Below are positions 18,895-21,610 of a DNA stretch of 21,610 nt, in pieces. The translations under genes and the position numbers were made by a program. The notes under the pieces were generated by a model that worked only from the letters and a program-made list of their open reading frames with translations, was not told the origin of the DNA and did no database searches. Source of the stretch: Candidatus Scalinduaceae bacterium (GTDB taxonomy: Bacteria > Planctomycetota > Brocadiia > Brocadiales > Scalinduaceae); the NCBI GenBank assembly GCA_046759445.1, contig JBHICG010000061.1, positions 1-21,610 of the forward strand, written 5' to 3'. Numbering within the stretch: the first letter of the stretch is position 1; each line of letters opens with the position of its first letter.

Positions 18895-19028
18895 TTAAAG
18901 TTTACCACAGAGATTGTAGAGAATTGAATCATTTGTCAAGTGGCGAGATGTAACCCTAGTTTCCCGTCATTTGAAGACTTGCCCGTTTCGTGGGTTGCTA
19001 AGTTAGAATCAACCGTGTTAAGGAAAGA

Positions 19029-19439
19029 TTAAGATTGTTTTTTTAGTACAACTTTAATCCCAGTCGTCGCTCCAACTGTTGCCTTACCAATAAGGTGAAA
19101 ACCTCCCTCTGCATTCATTTCTAGATTTAGTTCAATTTCACTTAGCGAGAAGCCACCTAGAGCTGAAGGCGCATTTCTAAAAACATCTCCTAAATTATCC
19201 ATAAATTCCTTAAATTTTGCTGAAAGAGTCTTGGTATCAAATTTCACCTCTGTCCGCTGAAAGTTTCCTACAGGGACATTAATGACATGTTGTTGCTCAA
19301 CGGATTGCTGTGCAGTGGTAATCTCCTCAATAATCACAACCGAAAGTTCTTTTTTCTTGGTCAGTTCTTGCTGACTCCAAGCGGAACCCACACCAATTGT
19401 GAAAAATGATAGAATAGCAAAGCCTATTCTAAGTAACAT
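19029..19439 (-). CDS. Secreted Pepco/Trypco-like domain protein
   Basis: RBS AGGAGG and a signal peptide (..SAWS/QQ). The C-terminus FSLSEIELNLEMNAEGGFHLIGKATVGATTGIKVVLKK resembles peptidase/trypsin-co-occurring domains. Confidence 0.6.
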   Translation of the reverse strand: MLLRIGFAILSFFTIGVGSAWSQQELTKKKELSVVIIEEITTAQQSVEQQHVINVPVGNFQRTEVKFDTKTLSAKFKEFMDNLGDVFRNAPSALGGFSLSEIELNLEMNAEGGFHLIGKATVGATTGIKVVLKKQS

Positions 19440-19761
19440 CGTATTTTCCTCCTAATTTTAAAAAGTGAATTATTGATAAGAAGTCGCTTTTTGCACCGAT
19501 ATGAATATGAAAAACATATACCATGAAGATTTTAACAATTTTTTCAAATCTTACCACAAATTATTTTTCTCAGGGTATAAGAGTGTTTTTAAGAGTCACG
19601 TTAAGCAGAAATTTTGAGTGGTTTTAAATTTTGCATCTGATTTGGAAGAATAAATATCAACATACACAAGGAATATAACAATGATATGTGGTTTGATATA
19701 GACAAAATATGTGCTATCAAAGATATCACTGAAGGATTGAATCATTTGTCCATAAATGTTT

Positions 19762-19812
19762 ACCCACGTTTTGTTTGGCGGGCCTGCCCGCCGTCTTGCT
19801 TGGCGGAACCTG
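19762..19812. repeat. GC-rich REP-like tandem hairpins
   Basis: Palindrome GGCGGGC-ct-GCCCGCC within two related units (ccacgttttgtttggcggg / cccgccgtcttgcttggcgg), set in an AT-rich spacer. Confidence 0.5.
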
Positions 19813-19950
19813 TTTCCATGTATTTACCTCTATTTATTTTGCAGTAAAACTATTTTGATATTTTTCTTGACAAATCTTCTATATGTAGTATATTAGTAAA
19901 AAATAGCGCAACATATTGTATTTTATTTAATTTTAGATGGTTTATAATAT

Positions 19951-20713
19951 GGCATTGCTAATTAAGTATAGCCAATGTATTGTTTCTGTAATGCATAAGC
20001 AAAAGGATAGACAGTTCAAGCATATATAGCATTTTTGAGTAACATTTAGTTTTCCTTCTTAACCTTGCAAGAAAATGCCTAAACAAACTATTGTATCCTT
20101 CAACTGTAAAAGTTTGAGATTTTGATTGGATATGCTGTGATTTCGGCACAAAATATTCATAAGGCTTCCAAAGGTCAGTTGCTATTTTTCCGTAAGATTG
20201 TTCTTTGATATTAAGCCAAAGTCGCTTACCTGTGGTAGCGCTTCGGTCGCCAATAACGAAGTTGATGAATCTCTTTTCATATCTATTAACAGCAATCCAT
20301 ATCCATTTATAGTTTTTTTTGTTCCAATATAAGTATGCATTTCGTCTATCTCTGTAATGCTTGCAGGTTCATCGCTTTGTAAACTTTTGACTTGTTCGCC
20401 AAATTGCCTAATCCAATTTAGTATGCTTACATTACTTACTTTCAGTACTCTACCTATAGACCTAAAGCCCAAACCTTCCAAATACAATTGCAGTGCAAAT
20501 CTTTTTAAATATAAGGGCTTTTCTGTTGACTTTTTGGTCACTGTATACCTAAAGTTACATGTTTTACATTTATGACGTTGTTTGCTTTTTACTATTCCGT
20601 CTTTAATGAATCTTTCTGATTTACACTTTGGACATTGCACAATAAGACCTCCCGGTATAATTTAAATAAAAATAAAATTTATTATACCAATACTATACTT
20701 AATTAGCAATGCC
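19951..20713 (-). mobile_element. Complete IS1-family element (763 bp)
   Basis: Perfect 21-bp TIRs GGCATTGCTAATTAAGTATAG (19951-19971 and 20693-20713). 8-bp TSD TATAATAT (19943-19950 and 20714-20721). Confidence 0.96.
19958..20640 (-). CDS. insAB: IS1 transposase InsAB via a programmed -1 frameshift
   Basis: Zn ribbon CPKC...CKTC, HTH and EIDEMH. A slippery A8C lies at 20312-20320. The -1 frame continues YKWIWIAV...IATD...TVEGYNS...LAILN, with its stop inside the TIR. Confidence 0.92.
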
Positions 20714-20722
20714 TATAATATT

Positions 20723-20869
20723 ATGGTAGAAGGTTCATCACGTACACGTAAAAAAGGTAAGGGAAATGTTGAAAAAACTTAAATAGTGATTTCAGGATAT
20801 TATCGTCTTGATGCAATTAGAGGTAATTTTGCCATTGAAGTAGAACGTAGTGATCATGATAACAGTTAG
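20723..20869 (+). pseudogene. Possible decayed small PD-(D/E)xK-like gene
   Basis: MVEGSSRTRKKGKGNVEKT*IVISGYYRLDAIRGNFAIEVERS, with an in-frame TAA at 20780. It sits between IS1 and the RAYT end. Confidence 0.3.
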
Positions 20870-20880
20870 CGATTTAGGAA

Positions 20881-21120
20881 TAATAGGGACAGCGACTGTT
20901 TTTATGTTGACAAGATAAGGTAAAATAGTTATGTTCTTTATTCATGCCACGAATTGCAAGAGTTGTAGCAAAGGGATATCCGCATCATGTCACCCAAAGA
21001 TAATAGGGACAGCGACTGTTTTTATATTGACAAGATAAGGTAAAATAGTTATGTTCTTTATTCATGCCACGAATTGCAAGAGTTGTAGCAAAGGGATATC
21101 CGCATCATGTCACCCAAAGA
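20881..21120 (+). repeat. 120-bp tandem duplication of the RAYT 5' end
   Basis: 20881-21000 and 21001-21120 are identical except G20906 versus A21026. Confidence 0.97.
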
Positions 21121-21610
21121 GGTAATTACAGACAGCCGGTATTTGAGGAAGATAAAGACTATGTTCAATACCTTGAATGGCTTAAAGATTACGGCAAGAA
21201 ATACTCTTTAAAGATTTGGGCATATTGTCTCATGTCTAATCACGTCCACTTTGTTTGTGTACCTTCCAAAGAGGATTCACTCGCACGCACATTTAATGCA
21301 CTCCATATGAGGTACTCACAATATTTCAATCAAAGAAAGAATTTGAAAGGACATCTCTGGCAGGGAAGATTTTACTCTTGCATCCTCGATGAAAGACACA
21401 CATATGCAGCGGTTAGATATGTAGAAAATAATCCTGTCCGAGCTGGTATAGTAAGAAAACCACAAAGGTATAAATGGTCGAGTGCAAGAAGTCATGTAAA
21501 CAGGGAGAAAGATTCTGTTTTATCTCAAGATTGTTATTTGGAAAAAGAGATAGAAGATTGGTTGGAGTATTTAAGAGAAAAAGAAGATGAACAAATCATA
21601 AGAAACATAA
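21064..21610 (+). CDS. REP-associated tyrosine (Y1 HUH) transposase, RAYT-like; runs off the window
   Basis: MPRIAR...HHVTQRGN, AYCLMSNHVHF (HUH), GHLWQGRFYS, YVENNPVRAG and YKWSS. It is not in the supplied ORF track and has no stop within the window. Confidence 0.93.
   Translation, partial: MPRIARVVAKGYPHHVTQRGNYRQPVFEEDKDYVQYLEWLKDYGKKYSLKIWAYCLMSNHVHFVCVPSKEDSLARTFNALHMRYSQYFNQRKNLKGHLWQGRFYSCILDERHTYAAVRYVENNPVRAGIVRKPQRYKWSSARSHVNREKDSVLSQDCYLEKEIEDWLEYLREKEDEQIIRNI

Noticed and set aside
13672..18898. Short overlapping ORFs (13672, 13959, 15480, 15983, 17526, 18159, 18478, 18677)
   Set aside because: Shadows of the deacetylase, M16 peptidase, purN and trpB2, or read-through of repeats.
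18940..19028. Possible attC after the Pepco-like gene (CCTTAAC follows the stop)
   Set aside because: No matching L''/L' boxes or properly placed GTTRRRY were found.
19958..20575. IS1 as a pseudogene (split ORFs), and ORF 20357..20575 (+)
   Set aside because: The split is at a canonical A-run -1 frameshift with an open downstream frame. The + ORF is a shadow.
16859..21120. CRISPR array interpretation of the repeats
   Set aside because: No regular repeat-spacer periodicity and no cas genes.

Overview
AT-rich bacterial window. The repeat style and gene mix resemble anammox Planctomycetota (Brocadiales/Scalindua-like), but this is an impression only. Positions 1-11077 are the right-hand part of a genomic island inserted in comM/yifB. 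The comM 3' fragment resumes abruptly at the CPCG motif at 11078, and a tandem-XRE HTH gene spans the junction. Island cargo: (1) a decayed IS1-like transposon carrying a winged-HTH gene, a candidate promoter-plus-terminator sRNA and an N4-cytosine type II R-M pair; (2) a 2TM-PLD-like gene ending in an attC-like site; (3) a two-gene unit with a 166-aa protein and a 1031-aa VirD4/TraD-like ATPase fused to a C-terminal PD-(D/E)xK-like domain; (4) degenerate internal copies of the comM 3' end. Positions 11558-21610 are chromosomal backbone: TPR protein, internally deleted GT4, truncated polysaccharide deacetylase, M16 peptidase, purN and trpB2. This part also holds a GIY-YIG gene bracketed by bipartite inverted REP-like repeats, a Pepco/Trypco-like gene between 15-bp direct repeats, an intact 763-bp IS1 with an 8-bp TSD, and a RAYT whose first 120 bp are duplicated. 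All family assignments come from motif recognition; no searches were run.
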